DNA of 64,000 nt from the human T2T-CHM13v2.0 reference genome, Homo sapiens: the NCBI RefSeq assembly GCF_009914755.1, contig NC_060929.1; one strand, given 5' to 3'. Under the pieces are notes generated by a model. That model was given only the letters and a program-made list of their open reading frames with translations. It did no database searches and was not told the DNA's origin. Position 1 is the first letter of the stretch. Every line of letters begins with the position of its first letter. Position numbers and translations under genes: made by a program. Shown piece by piece: positions 42,181 to 55,200 of this stretch.

Positions 42181-43269
42181 GCTATCAACCTTAATGCTGA
42201 GATTCAGGCGGTATGATTAAATATTGAGTTCACTTGAGCACAAAGTCTGAGGATGGCCAACTGGGAGGATACAGACTTCAAAGGGATGGGGTCATTGCCC
42301 CGAAGTGGGGAGGTTTAAGGGCCATTTGTATAGGCACGGTCTGGGGAAACAACAGGATCACTTCATTTTCTATACAGGGTTGGTGCACAGTTATAGCAGT
42401 TTGGTTGGCTGCAGTCAGCGTTTCTTTTTTGGTAAGGGTGAGGGGTATATTTCGCATTCCACGTTAGGGACAGAATAGCCAAGGGTCTTCTGTCTCAGGG
42501 CTCTCTGGTCTGAGCCAGGAACAGGGAAGCAAGGAAATCTCTAACAAAAGGTCAGAAATGAAGGGGCTGAGCTCCGTGACTCGATCTCCAAAGTCAGTCT
42601 CTCTAAGGGCCTAATCACTCTGAGGAGCCTCCAGTAGCCGCACTGTCCATTTTCTTCCTCATGGGCACCCAAGAGGCCCACCCGGTCTGGGGCACCTGGG
42701 GGCTCCTCGGTCAGCACTTGACAAGAAAGCTCTTGGATTGGCCCCGACAGCACTCACACACGTGTCTCTCGTGTCCACAAGCGAACATAAGGCACTGCGG
42801 CAACCCGAGAGAGTCCCCCGCAGGTCTGGTTCCATGTTTAACCCTCTGGTTGACTTCCTGCCCCTGCCCTGCTGGTCTGGCCCCCGTGGCCCTGGGAGGC
42901 TGAGCTCATGGTCAGCCCTCAGTCTTCCTGCAGGTGAGAGGGCCCTCCCCAGAGCACTCATTCCCCACCCTAGGATCTCTTCCCCAGGCCTCCTCCCTCA
43001 ATGTCCACCCTCGTTTGCTCCCCGCACCGACTTCTTCACTGAGGGTGACTCTCTGTGCTTATTCCTCCAGCCTGGCGGCTGCGAACACCACCTTCACAGC
43101 AACCACCCCCCACCCCAGACCTTCTCCCACACTGAGCTCCAACTCCAGGTCCTGCCCCAGCACCTCACGAGTAGCCAAAGCCACTGTAAACCCAGCTGTC
43201 CCTCTCTACCCTACAAGCCCACCCTGGCAGCTCTGGCCTCTCAGACCTAAAACCCAGGCACCCAAGCTA

Positions 43270-43641
43270 CAGACACGACCAGGGCTCCTGCACGGCTGCA
43301 CCCCGCCTGAGCCCTGACCCCTCCAGGCAGACACGACCAGGGCTCCTGCACGGCTGCACCCCGCCTGAGCCCTGACCCCTCCAGGCAGACACGACCAGGG
43401 CTCCTGCACGGCTGCACCCCGCCTGAGCCCTGACCCCCTCCAGGCAGACACGACCAGGGCTCCTGCACGGCTGCACCCCGCCTGAGCCCTGACCCCCTCC
43501 AGGCAGACACGACCAGGGCTCCTGCACGGCTGCACCCCGCCTGAGCCCTGACCCCTCCAGGCAGACACGACCAGGGCTCCTGCACGGCTGCACCCCGCCT
43601 GAGCCCTGACCCCCTCCAGGCAGACACGACCAGGGCTCCTG
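43270..43641. repeat. 58/59-bp VNTR, ~6.3 copies
   Basis: CAGACACGACC recurs at 43270, 43328, 43386, 43445, 43504, 43562 and 43621. Confidence 0.95.
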
Positions 43642-44847
43642 CTTCCTGTTTGGGGTCTGCCTGACTGTAGTGCACAAAGTCTCCCTGGGGTCGATCTGTC
43701 CATTTCAACCCCTCTGGTGTTCCAAGCACCTGGAGCCTGCAGGAAGTAGGCCCTGCCAGCCTTGAATAATCAGATTCAGAAAATAGAACTAAGTTGATTC
43801 AAGCGCAAAGCATGAGAATGGCCGCCCCAGAATGCAGCCTCCAAAGGGACGGGGTCCGTGCTCGCAAGTGGGGAAGCTGAGGCTTCACTTACAGAGACAG
43901 AAACGGTTGCAGCCAACTTGACAGCAACTTGATTACTACAGGTTGCTGCATTCCAAGGAAGATTGCTTTAACATTCTGTGAGGAGGCGGAGGCTTGTTCT
44001 GAGAGATTCTTATCTCTGGTGCTTCCCGGTCATCCCTGACCATTTACCAGAAAAAGCAGAAGGTGCAGCTGATGCTCAGAGACTCGGCATTGCTGGGTTC
44101 CTCTCAGGGTTCAGAATAACTTACAGTTCCCACAGCGTTGAGTTCAAATTATTTAGTTTCACAGCCTTCCTCAAACAGGGTCAGGTGGGCAGCTGAGCAC
44201 AGGGTACGCACACAGGACTCTGCCTGGGCCTGGGGCTGTGGGGCCTGGGCCACAGAGCTGACCAACCTCTGCAGGTACAGCTGGGTCACCTGGAAAGTGG
44301 AGCCTAATGCTTTTCAGGTGTGTCTAGGACCTGGCACCCCCTCCCCATTGCGTCATTGGTCACTTAAGGCCTCTTGACTTCTCCAGTTTTGCCAGGGATT
44401 TGCCAAATTAGTCTTCTCAGAAAACAGAATTTTGGTTTAATTGATTATCTACACACTTACTTTCTATTTAATTAATTTCTACTCTTTGTTATTTTCTTGT
44501 GTCTAACTTTTTCAGTGTTTCATTTGCTTTTCCTTTCTACCTAATTTCTTGAGGTGGATGCTTATATCATTGATTTGAGCCTTTGTTTTGTTCTAGTTTT
44601 TGTGCCGTATTTAGGACTACAGGCTTTCCCCTAAGCCTGGCTTTAGCTGCATCCCAGAAGTTTGTATATGTCATGTGTCTATTCACAGTCAGTTCAGTAT
44701 ATTTTCTAACTTCCACTTTAATTTATTCTCGGACTCATCATAGGTTATTTAGAAATGTATTACCTAATTTCCAAGATTTTCTAGTTAACTTTGTGATACC
44801 AGTTTTGAGTTTAAGACCACTTTGGTCAAATAATATACACTAGAGTT

Positions 44848-45727
44848 TGTTGTCTGTGGAAGGTATCCGAGTGACCGGCGGCAAATCTGTACAGGTCTGC
44901 AGCAACCTCAGTTCTTACCTCCTCCGAAGAAAGAATTTGACTGAGGGATGTAAGGCAGAAAAAGAGACCCAGGCAAGTTTCAGAGCAGGAGTGGAAGTTT
45001 ATTTAAAAAGGCTTTTAGAGCGGGAAAGAAATGAAAGCACACTTGGAAGAGACCCAAGCGGGCACCGAGATCGAGTGCCCCATTTATCCTTGATCCTAAG
45101 ACTTTCTGGGCCAGCCCCTTTCCCATGATTCTCCCCTTAGGCTGGGCTGCCCGTGTGCACAGTGCGCACCTTTCCCTTGGGATGTGAGGATGCGCCGTGT
45201 GCTTAGGAAGTTGTACGCATCCCCATCTGAGACTTTCGTCCCTTTTCTGTTGGGGGAACGTGAGGATGCCCTGTGTGCTTAGGAAATTGTATGCATCCCC
45301 ATCTGAGGCTTCCCTTTTCTGTTGGGGGAACGTGAGGATGCACCGTGTGCCTAGGAAGTTGTAGGCATCCCCATCTGAGGCTTTCGTCCCTTTTCTGTTG
45401 GGGGAACGTGAGGATGCCCTGTGTGCTTAGGAAATTGTATGCATCCCCATCTGAGGCTTTCTTCCCTTTTCTGGTGGGGTCCCCCTAAAGGTCACATTCT
45501 ACCATTTTGTCTCTTAATGCACAAAGTTGCTTCTCCTGGCACCTGCCTTCAATTAACACTTTAGTGCAGCAGGTGTGGACCATCAGGAAACGCCCTCTCC
45601 CTGGCACTGGCTCCCAAGGTGCCACTTTTAGAGAGACAGTGCAAATATGCCGAGCCATCACCCGACATTCCCAATGGGTGGGGGAGCCTCTCCTGCCCTG
45701 CTCATGCCTGTCTAACTACCTGTAACA
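44848..45727 (-). mobile_element. ERV1 solo LTR (MER50-like) with an internal tandem repeat, inserted in old antisense L1M sequence
   Basis: TG...CA termini; ggtatccgag...gtctgcagcaacctc...aaggcagaaaaagagacc...gagcaggagtggaagtttatt recognised as MER50-type. Confidence 0.7.
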
Positions 45728-46112
45728 GCTTCGATTATTTGAAATGTTGTATATCCTAGCATTTTGGTAAATTTTCCATGTGCACGTGAAGAGAAAGTGT
45801 GCTTTGTAGTTGTTATTGCAGAGTTCTGATCATGTTTTGAAAATTGTGTTTTTCAGATTTTTTATATCCTTATTGGCTTTTTGGCTGCTTATCACTTACT
45901 AGGAAAATTATGTGAAAATCTCCCATGATGATGTAAATTTGAATTTGTCTATTTTTCTTTTTGTTCTGTCAATTTTTGCTTCCTATGTTTTGAAGCTAAA
46001 TTAGTAGGTGCATAGTAATATAGAATTGCTATATCTTCCTAGAAACAGAGCCTCTTTGATCATAATGAAATGCATCTCTTTATTTTTAGCAGTGCCTTTT
46101 GCCTTAGATCTA

Positions 46113-46423
46113 CAGTTGTCCCTCTATGTCCATGGGGATGCGGTCCAGGACTCCCCCACGGATACCCAAATCTGCAGTTGTTCAAGTCGCTGATATAAAA
46201 TGGAACAGTAGTTGCATAGAACCTACACACATGCTCCTATATACTTTAAATCATCTGTAGATTACTTATAATCCATAGTACAATGAAAATGCTTATAAAT
46301 AGCTGTTATATTGGTTTTTTATTTGTATTTTTAACTTTTATTGTTAATTGCTTTTTGTTCAAATATTTTTGATCCTTGGTGGAACCTGTGGATATGGAAC
46401 CCACTGATACAGAAGGCCAACTG
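46113..46423. mobile_element. MER2-like (TcMar-Tigger) non-autonomous DNA transposon
   Basis: TIRs cagttgtccctc / gaaggccaactg, preceded by TA; internal tactttaaatcatct.tagattacttataat. Confidence 0.8.
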
Positions 46424-48870
46424 TGCTTCCTATTAATATAGCTATTCCAGTTTCCTTTTGCAAAGTTAGTGTTTACACGACACATACTTCTCCATCTTCT
46501 TACTTGGAACTTTTGGTGTTCTTATATTTGAGATACGTCTCTTGTAAAAGGCATATGTTTGATTTCACTTTTATCTTTTTATCTAGTTTGACTAACCTTG
46601 TCTTTAAATTGGAGTAGTGTGTTTACATTTAATGTAATTTGGGTATAAATTGAGTATCTTACTCTTTGTTTTCTACCTATTTGGTGAGAACAGGGGAGTG
46701 AGAGAGGAGGGGAAGGCCATGGAGGGTGATTGATGGGCAGGTCCTTGCACACACCCTCTGGAAGACAGGCACACTGAGGCACTGTCCCACATGCTGAGGG
46801 ACCCCCACATACTGAAGGACCTGGGTGTTTTTCTGCCAACTCCTGTCCCTCATTGTTGAGGCTCCTCCTGGTGTGTGAACCACCTGATGCTTCTGTCCCA
46901 TCCACAGGAAGGCGGGGAACACCCCCCAGGCAGAGAGACCTGGGCAGCCACCGCCATGAATGAGAGCTCTCTGGCTGTCCCCAGGCCAGCTATGCTCTGA
47001 TGGCCAAGCGTGGTGGTCCTTGCCTGTGTCCGAGCGTGGGGTTAGTTCTGGAACATTTGATCACTTCTCCTGCTCCACTCTCTGCACTCCACCTGGAACT
47101 CCCGATTACACGTATGACCCTTTTACATGTTCCTATGTTTCTCGTGTGATTTCTATGTTTCGATCACGTCTTCCCTGCTTCTGTGTGTTTTCCACTCATC
47201 TTAAAGTTCATTGATCTGCTTTGCTATTAAACTCACTTATTTCATTATTGGTTTATTTTTGATATGTAGGTTTGTGTTTGATTCCTTTTATTTGATGGAT
47301 TTCGGTTTCCTTTTGAGACTCTCTATCCTGTGATCTACTTCCTGCCACATTAATCCTGGTTACCTCCACGGCCTGTCTGAGACGTCCAAACCTTTATCTC
47401 GTGGATGTTTAATTATCTGGGGTTTTCCTCAGCCTTTCCTCATTTTGTCCTTTCTCTGGGTGTGCCTGATAATTTTTTTATTAAGTAGTAGATATGATGT
47501 AGGAAATGTGTAAGGATCATTTGAGGCCCGGGCTGGTGTCTTCACCTCCAGAGGATTTATTTTTGTGGGAAGAGCAGGGGTGGTTCATCTGAACGCACTC
47601 CGGGGAGGGACTGCATGAAGTCCGCCTCAGACCTTTGGGCAGCTGATCCAGCTTCCGTTTGTCCCACTCCTGGCAAAGTCCATGCTCCCTTTTCAGGTCC
47701 CCACTGAATGTCTGGGAGTTTCCCAGGCCCTTCCTCCCAGTGGTCCTTGAATTCCAGATTTTATCTCCCCACCCTGTGCGTTTTCAGAAGCTCTCAGCCT
47801 CCAAGCTCCAAGATGAGCTCTCTGCTCATCGGCCACCAGCAGTGCCCTGAGGGGTAGAAAGGTGTCAAGTTTCCAGTGGCCTGTGAACGCCACATCTGCC
47901 CAGGACATTGGCCCTTTGAGGCTAGATTGCCTTGTCACCTCCAGAAAACCTTCAAAAAGTGTGTCCAGCTTTTCTGGTTGTTCTTGGCCGTGGGCTTGGA
48001 TGTAAGGTACACGAGCAAACCCACTGCAGCCAGAGCAGGAAGCTGTCCCGCGTCCACGTGCACAGCTCTAACCCTAAAATAGCCTTCGGAGTTAGGGGAA
48101 GAGCAATGTCCTGTTCACTGCCCAACTCCAAGCCCTGTGTCCCGGGCAGCCACACTCAGCCCTTTCCCTGCAAGAGGGGACACTCGCTCTTGATAAACCA
48201 GCTTTGCACATTACCTATTGGTGAAGATGATCAGTAACTCTGTGACTGTAGCACACACACACCGCACTTCTTCCCGTTCTCCCAAGACCTCTGGAAAACA
48301 ATTCTTACTATAATATTCTTCAGCATAGGCATTAGGACTACATACATGCAATTATGTTTTCTATCCTCATACATTTTCCTTACAATTAATATCATCTTTT
48401 TTCTTTGCTTAATTTGACCAAGAATAAGTTCATTCCCAAACTCTCACCTTATGCTTAGCTCTCCTCTCAATATTCAAACTCCTAGAAACCTGTTGTTTTG
48501 TCTTTCCCATGGACACGGCTCCCAGGCCTCTGACCCCTGCTCTAATTGGGACCTGCTGTGTGGCCCTCCCTTGCTTACCAGCTGACAGGAACCCTTCCTC
48601 ACCCCCAGGTTGGACACGCCGTTTCCAAGGCCTCATGGCTTCCTTTTTCTTGGTTACTGCCTCGGGCTCCCTGGGAGAGATCTCTTTGGTGCCGAAAACC
48701 GGAACGGGAAGCCTCAGCACCCTGGCCCCCCATGCCCCTCGTGGGGCAGGGTGGGTATACCCTGTACACCCTCCTGGTTTGGGCTGAGGGCATTAGGGGT
48801 ACCGGGCGTCTTTGGGGTGGCATTAGCCCCCGAGTTGCTTTGGAAACTGTCATACTTTCTTCTGTCTTAG

Positions 48871-49032
48871 AACTCAGAATCCAAGAAATGGCATCCATGG
48901 GGATAGGCAACCAGCCATTCATGGATGTCAAGCCCAGAGACCGGACCCCTGACTGTGCAGTGATAAGCGACGGGGCTCCCAAATGTGCAGTGATGAGCGA
49001 CCGGGTCCCCGACAGCATCGTCAAGGGCACAG
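48871..49032 (+). CDS. PLEKHG4B: PLEKHG4B coding exon, 162 nt
   Basis: tctgtcttag| LRIQEMASMGIGNQPFMDVKP...VKGT |gtacgg; SMGIGN.PF.D motif after the PH domain; phase 1-1. Confidence 0.95.
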
Positions 49033-49360
49033 GTACGGTGGCTCGGTCCCGCCCTCACTCACCCTGCAGAGGGCACTGGGCCTGTCATCAAGGGCATGGG
49101 TACGGTGGCATCGGCCCCACCCTCACTCGCCCACAGAGTGCACCAGGCCTGTCGTCAAGGACACGGGTACGGTGGCCTCGGCCCCGCCCTCACTCATCCT
49201 GCAGAGGGCACTGGGCCAGTGGCCGACATGGTGGGTTGGATGGGCATGACTGCAGTGGCAAAGCCTGGTCGGCCTTTCAGACGGCTCTGATCCCATTCCC
49301 GAACCTGGGCTGCACTTCAGGAGCGGAAGCCAGCCTGACGTGCTTTCTGTCCCTTTCCAG

Positions 49361-49680
49361 AGTCACAAATGAGAGGGTCCACAGCGGTGTCCTCCTCTGA
49401 CCACGCCGCCCCCTTCAAGCGACCACACTCCACCATCTCAGACAGCAGCACCTCCTCTTCTAGCAGCCAGTCCTCCTCCATCCTGGGGTCGCTGGGCCTG
49501 CTTGTGTCCTCCAGCCCAGCCCACCCGGGCCTATGGAGCCCTGCCCACAGCCCCTGGTCATCTGATATCAGAGCCTGCGTCGAGGAAGATGAGCCAGAGC
49601 CAGAACTAGAGACGGGCACCCAGGCTGCAGTGTGTGAGGGGGCTCCTGCTGTGCTGCTGAGCCGCACACGCCAGGCCTGA
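49361..49680 (+). CDS. PLEKHG4B: PLEKHG4B last coding exon (Ser-rich C-terminus, TGA stop)
   Basis: ccctttccag| SQMRGSTAVSS...FKRPHSTISDSSTSSSSSQSSSILGSLGLL...RTRQA*. The 18 exons sum to 4641 nt with an unbroken frame. Confidence 0.95.
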
Positions 49681-50835
49681 TGACTGTCAGGGTGGCAGTG
49701 CCCATCATGTGGCTAGAACAATACAGAGGGAGCAGCACGCCAGGCCTGATGACTCTGGGGGTGGCGGTGCCCATCGCGTGGCTGGAACGATCCAGAGGGA
49801 ATAGCACAGCAGGTGTCCAGGTATTTCCCAGGATTTTAGACATTCCCTAACATTTTCAAACAAATTTATAATTTTGTCTTATTTAAAAAACAAACCTTCC
49901 ACTTCCACCCAAGACAACAGCATAGGAAACAGACCTAAAACAAGACAAAAAAAGACTAAACATGAAACAAAAGATGTCAAGACACAAGACATTTGGCAAC
50001 AAAGGACCGCGATCCCTGAGAGACAGGAAAACGGGAGGTGAGCCCGGTGATGGCCTCAGACCTCCCTCCGCCTTGAGAGTTTGCAGGCCTCAGTGCAGGG
50101 AGGGGCCCAGGAAGAGCCCAGCAGCCTCCGTGAGTTGAAGAGACCAAGTCAGCAGGAGTTGGCAGGTCAGAGTGCCAGAGAGAGATGCCTGCATGGGGAA
50201 AGACTCACCAGATCAGCCCCTCCAGCACCTAGTGGGTTGCTACCCATTCGCACACTCAAACAGGGAGGCTACCAAGGCTGGGAGCAACCTTTGAAAAGAC
50301 CAAAGATCAATTCCTGGTACTCATGTGGGCTGGGGACAGGACCCGTTCCCACCAGCCAGACTAGGGAAACTCTCAGTAGATCAATTCCTGATACTCATGT
50401 GGGCTGGGGACAGGACCCACTCCCACCAGCCAGACTAGGAAAACTCCCAATCTGTGAGCATTAGGTGGAGTTCTCAGAAAATCTTGCCTCAGGAATGGGG
50501 ATAATTAGCCCTAGACTGAGCCCTGCTCCTGACTCGCCTACAAAATCATAAAAGCAAGACCTAAAATGATCAAACCATTCCCAGATAATTCACTTTATCC
50601 CAGAACAAAGCTCCAGATGATCTAGGGGTTACCAAAGTGTCCGCACCCTGCAAGGTAAACTCACAGTGCCTGACCTCGGAGTGCCAGGCGTGCAGAGGAG
50701 CAGCCAAGGGCAAACACTCCAAGGAGAGTCGCCTGGCAAAGCCAACCACCCAGAGCCGGCGTCTGTGCTAGAATCACAGAATTCAAACTGTGGCTGAAAT
50801 CGCAGCCCAGGCGTCCAGAAAGTTAAAGTTAAGAA

Positions 50836-51149
<314 letters not shown>

Positions 51150-51264
51150 TTACAGGGATGAGAAACTACAATATTGACAGTGGAAACTATCCTGGATGGG
51201 GTAACAGATTGGATTTCACAGAAGAGACCATGAGGCACCTTGAAGACACATCAGTGGAAACTAT

Positions 51265-51327
51265 TTGCATTTGTTGGGCCTCCAGAGAGACAGAACCAAT
51301 AGGAGATAGCTAGATATATATACAGAC

Positions 51328-51390
<63 letters not shown>

Positions 51391-51610
51391 CTGACAGACA
51401 GATGAGAGGGGCCTTAGGGGCATTGGCTGACACAATTTTGGCAGGTCAAGAGCCCCACAATAGGCCATCCACAAGCTGGAGACCCAAGGAAGCTGCTAGT
51501 GTGCCCAGTCCGAGTCCTAAAGCCTCAGAGCCAGGGAAGCCAGTGGTGTAATTCTCAGAGGCCAAAGGCCTGAGAACCTGGAGGCCACTGGTATAAGTCT
51601 GAGTCCATAG
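51265..51610. mobile_element. ERVL LTR fragment (MLT2-like)
   Basis: ctccagagagacagaaccaatagga...aagctggagacc...cagtccgagtcc.aaagcctcaga.ccagggaagcc. Confidence 0.7.
51329..51390. repeat. (GATA)15 tetranucleotide STR
   Basis: Perfect array, directly visible. Confidence 0.97.
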
Positions 51611-52100
51611 ACCCAGTGAACTCCAAACACAAGAGATATGAGTGCACATCATAATCAAATTGCATATAACCAGTGATAAACAGAAAATCCTAAAACCAGT
51701 CAGAGGACAAGGGCATGTTCTGTTGGGAGGCACAAAGCTGATGAGGATGGCTGACTCCTCAGGAGCAGCATGGGTGAGAGGCAGTGGAATGTACTAAGGA
51801 GAAAACTGCCAAATTCACATTCTGTACCTGACAAAATCTTTCCGAAGCGATGGTGACATAAAGACATTTTCATACACACAGAAACTAAGAGTTTCATCCC
51901 CAGCAGACCTGCACTACAAGAAATGTTAAATGATGTGCTTCAGGGAAGAGAAAAATGAAGAGCATGTGCACCATCCAGGATTTTCCTCGTTATTTGAATC
52001 CCTTTGGCCCATCTCCCATTTGCCCCAAGGAATGAGTGCTGGCAGTGAGCTGCACTTTTTTTTTCTCTAAACGGGAAATGGGTTAAAAGATGAGTGGCTT

Positions 52101-52235
52101 GGCCGGGTGCGGTGGCTCATGTCTCTAATCCCAGCACTTTGGGAGGCTGAGGCCAGAGGATCACTTGAGCCCAGGAACTGGGGGGTCATGCTGGGAAACA
52201 TGGCAAGACCGCATCTCTATTAAAAATAAATAAAA
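52101..52235 (+). mobile_element. Alu monomer (FLAM/left arm)
   Basis: ggccgggtgcggtggctca...ggatcacttgagcccagga...A-rich tail. Confidence 0.85.
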
Positions 52236-55200
52236 GTTAACTGACTGTTTAAACAAAAGTATTAACGTATCTGCGGTTTGTACTATACGCACAGGTAAAC
52301 TGTGTGACCACAGCAGCGTGATGGCTGGGAGATGCTGGATGTGATACGTGAAGTGAGGGGTATCACTTGAAGGTAGATTGTGGTAAGCTAAAGATGTACT
52401 TATAAACCCTTGAAACACCCACTAACAAAGAATTACAGCTAATAGACCAACAGAGGAGATAAAATGGAATTTTTAAAAATCCAGTCCAAAAATACGTAGA
52501 GAAAGAGGGAAAGGGAAGAATGGACTTGGGGGCGACACAGAAGACAAGTGGAGAGAGACTGAAGCAGCCACTGGCCATCACAGCAAACACAAGCAGGGCG
52601 CAGGACGCCAGCAAGCCACAGACAGGCCTGCTCTCTGAATTGGTGACCACATGAGTAACTTCACGGGTCTGTTCTATGTCCAGAGTTGTCAAACTGCATG
52701 CTTTAAAGATGTGCAGTGGATCGTATGTCGCTTAAATCTCAACAAAGCAGTATTTTTTTTAAGTACAATCATGCACACAGCACTTCCCCTGGGAGGCAGG
52801 GGCTGTGCCCACAGAAGTCGTTACCTCTGCGTCCTGAGTATGGACAGCCACCATCACACAGCCCCAGAGGCCGCCCAGGCTCTAGCCACACTCTGGCACT
52901 GCCTGGGACAGGTGCCCTCAGGAACCCAAATGCCACTGCCCCCGTGAAAGCCACTTCAAGCGTGTTGCTTCAAATCAGAAGGCATCTACGCCTGTGGAAG
53001 AGGAGGCTGCTGGGGGCCCAGGTGTGCAGGGGGCAGGGCCAGGTGCAGGGGCACAGCTTATGCCTGTGGCCAACCCACTGGGGAGCAAGGCTGGGGATAT
53101 GCCCAGGCCAGCAGGGCCAGCAGGAGTGACTGCGCCATCCTGAACACGTCCTTGGGCCTCCCAGGACCTTGGTGCCTCCCATCTGGGCTGGCACAAGCCT
53201 CCAGTCAAAAGATGGGTCTCTCTCTCCTGATAGCATGGAGCCTGGATGTGGGAATGGAGCCACACCAGCCCCACGGGAGCCCCACGACCCATCGGGCTGT
53301 GGGATGCATCCCCACGGCCGGGACCCCTCAGCCTGCGACTTGGTCTGGGCAGATGCAAAGGCCACCCTGCAGGGCTGAGGTGTCTGTGGGGAAGGAGGTG
53401 CCCAGCCCTGGGAGGCCATCTTGCTCCTGCTTTTTATTTAACCCATGGGGCTCTTTGGCCTCATTTTCTGTTTTTTGAGTTTCTCGTGCACTCCAAACTG
53501 TCCTGGAGCCAGCCCTGGTGTGAAACAGAGGCTTCCTGCTGGCAGAAGAGGCCCACCGAGTTACGTCCACACCAGCTGGCCCTGGGCACCTCTCTCTCTG
53601 GCCTTCTGTCCACACTGGGATTTGGCTCTGATTTCCAGAAGGCAGGGTTAGGAAACACCTGTTTCCAGGCAGAGTAATGCTTCTGTCTGAATCAGGCCTC
53701 ATGGGCTTCACCAGCAGACACGAAGGTTTCATTTAGATGGCGAACACGTGTTCTCATTTCTCCAGGGTTCTGGACCCGTGAGCTGAAGCAGGTGCTGAGA
53801 AGTGGGAGAGGCGGCCACTGGGTCCCTCAGGGTCACTCACCCCGCCACGTGAGGCCACTTCCGCCCAGCAGTGGGGGCGCTGGGAGCTGAGGGGCCCACA
53901 GGGGACGTGGGAGACAGCCCCGATGCGTCCCCATCCGCAGTGACGCTAGCGCGGAGTCGTCGCCAAGCACGTGGAGGGACAGCCCTGGAGCCCTGGCCTG
54001 GCCCAGCATCTCCCAGAGTCACTTCCTGATGCCTCCCCAGCCCTGCCCAGGAAGGGTTTGTGGCCACAGCCCCACAGCGGCCCCCTCGCCTCGACCACCA
54101 GTGCCTCCTTCCAAGCTGCCTGAGCAATCCTGGGTGGTGAGCTCCACCACTCCCACCCACGCCTCAGCACTGGGACCCCCCAGGGATGGTGTGGGGATTC
54201 CTGCCCCCCGTCCATGCCTCAGCACTGGGAGCTGGGAAGGTGTGTGATTTCCTCCCCCACCTCAGTACTGGGACCCCCAGGAAGGGTGTGTGGCCCCACC
54301 ATCCTGAATGCTCAGGGCTGGTGGTCAGCGAGGTGGTTTCTAAACCAAGCCCTGGGAGGAGCCATCCTGGGACTGTGCTTGGACAAGGTTGGGGCTCCCG
54401 CAGTGAGCTCTAGCCCTCCCCAGGACCCTCCCACGGCCCCAGGGTGCCGGCCTTCAGACTGACCCCATTCGTGGATGAGTCTACAAGGCTCCCCAGTGCC
54501 CAGCAAGAGTGTTTTTACATTCAGAGGTGAGGAAGGGGTGCCAGCATCTGCCCCAGACACAACCGGGCAGGTACAGATGTCATCCCCTTGAGGACAGCAG
54601 GGAGGCGACTCAGGAGAGGCTGATCAGACGGGAGCCGCATCCCCATCACCTTCCAGAGAGACCTCTTCTTTTGCCAGGTGTCGTGAGGGCTGTGGCTTAG
54701 CTGGGCCTGCGTCCATCCCCGGTTCTGGGGAGATGCCCGGGCCCCTCCTGGATGGCAGCAGCAGTGGAGGTTTGGGTTTTGAGGGAGCCCTAAGAACCTG
54801 AGAGACTTAGATGGAGCATGGCACGCCCTGGAGAGTCCACGTCCCCAGACCCTTCATGCCAACACCATTCCACCCAGCAGTTTCTTCCCTGTGGTCAGAA
54901 CAAAACCCCCAAGCCTCAGGCCTCAGGCTGGTTTTCTGACAGGCAAAATGCTCCTTATATAAGGAAAGACCTTTCCTTGGCTGACCCTAAAGTAGCCAAG
55001 GGGAGCTCACATCGCCTGGCCTGCCGCCACCACCAGGCTGCCTGACCAGCTCACCGCCTTGTTCTAGATGCTTCTGAAGCAACAGCTCGCCTGGCCCCAC
55101 CCCCATCAAGCATCTGCTGGGCAGCCTCACTCCCCGGCCCGCCTGTAGCTCCCAAAGGTCTCAAGCCTCAACATCCTGGTAACCAAGTGCACCCAGAGGG

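Noticed and set aside
48546-49400. 284-aa ORF
   Set aside because: Only 48871-49032 is exon; the rest is open intronic sequence including the 67-bp repeats.
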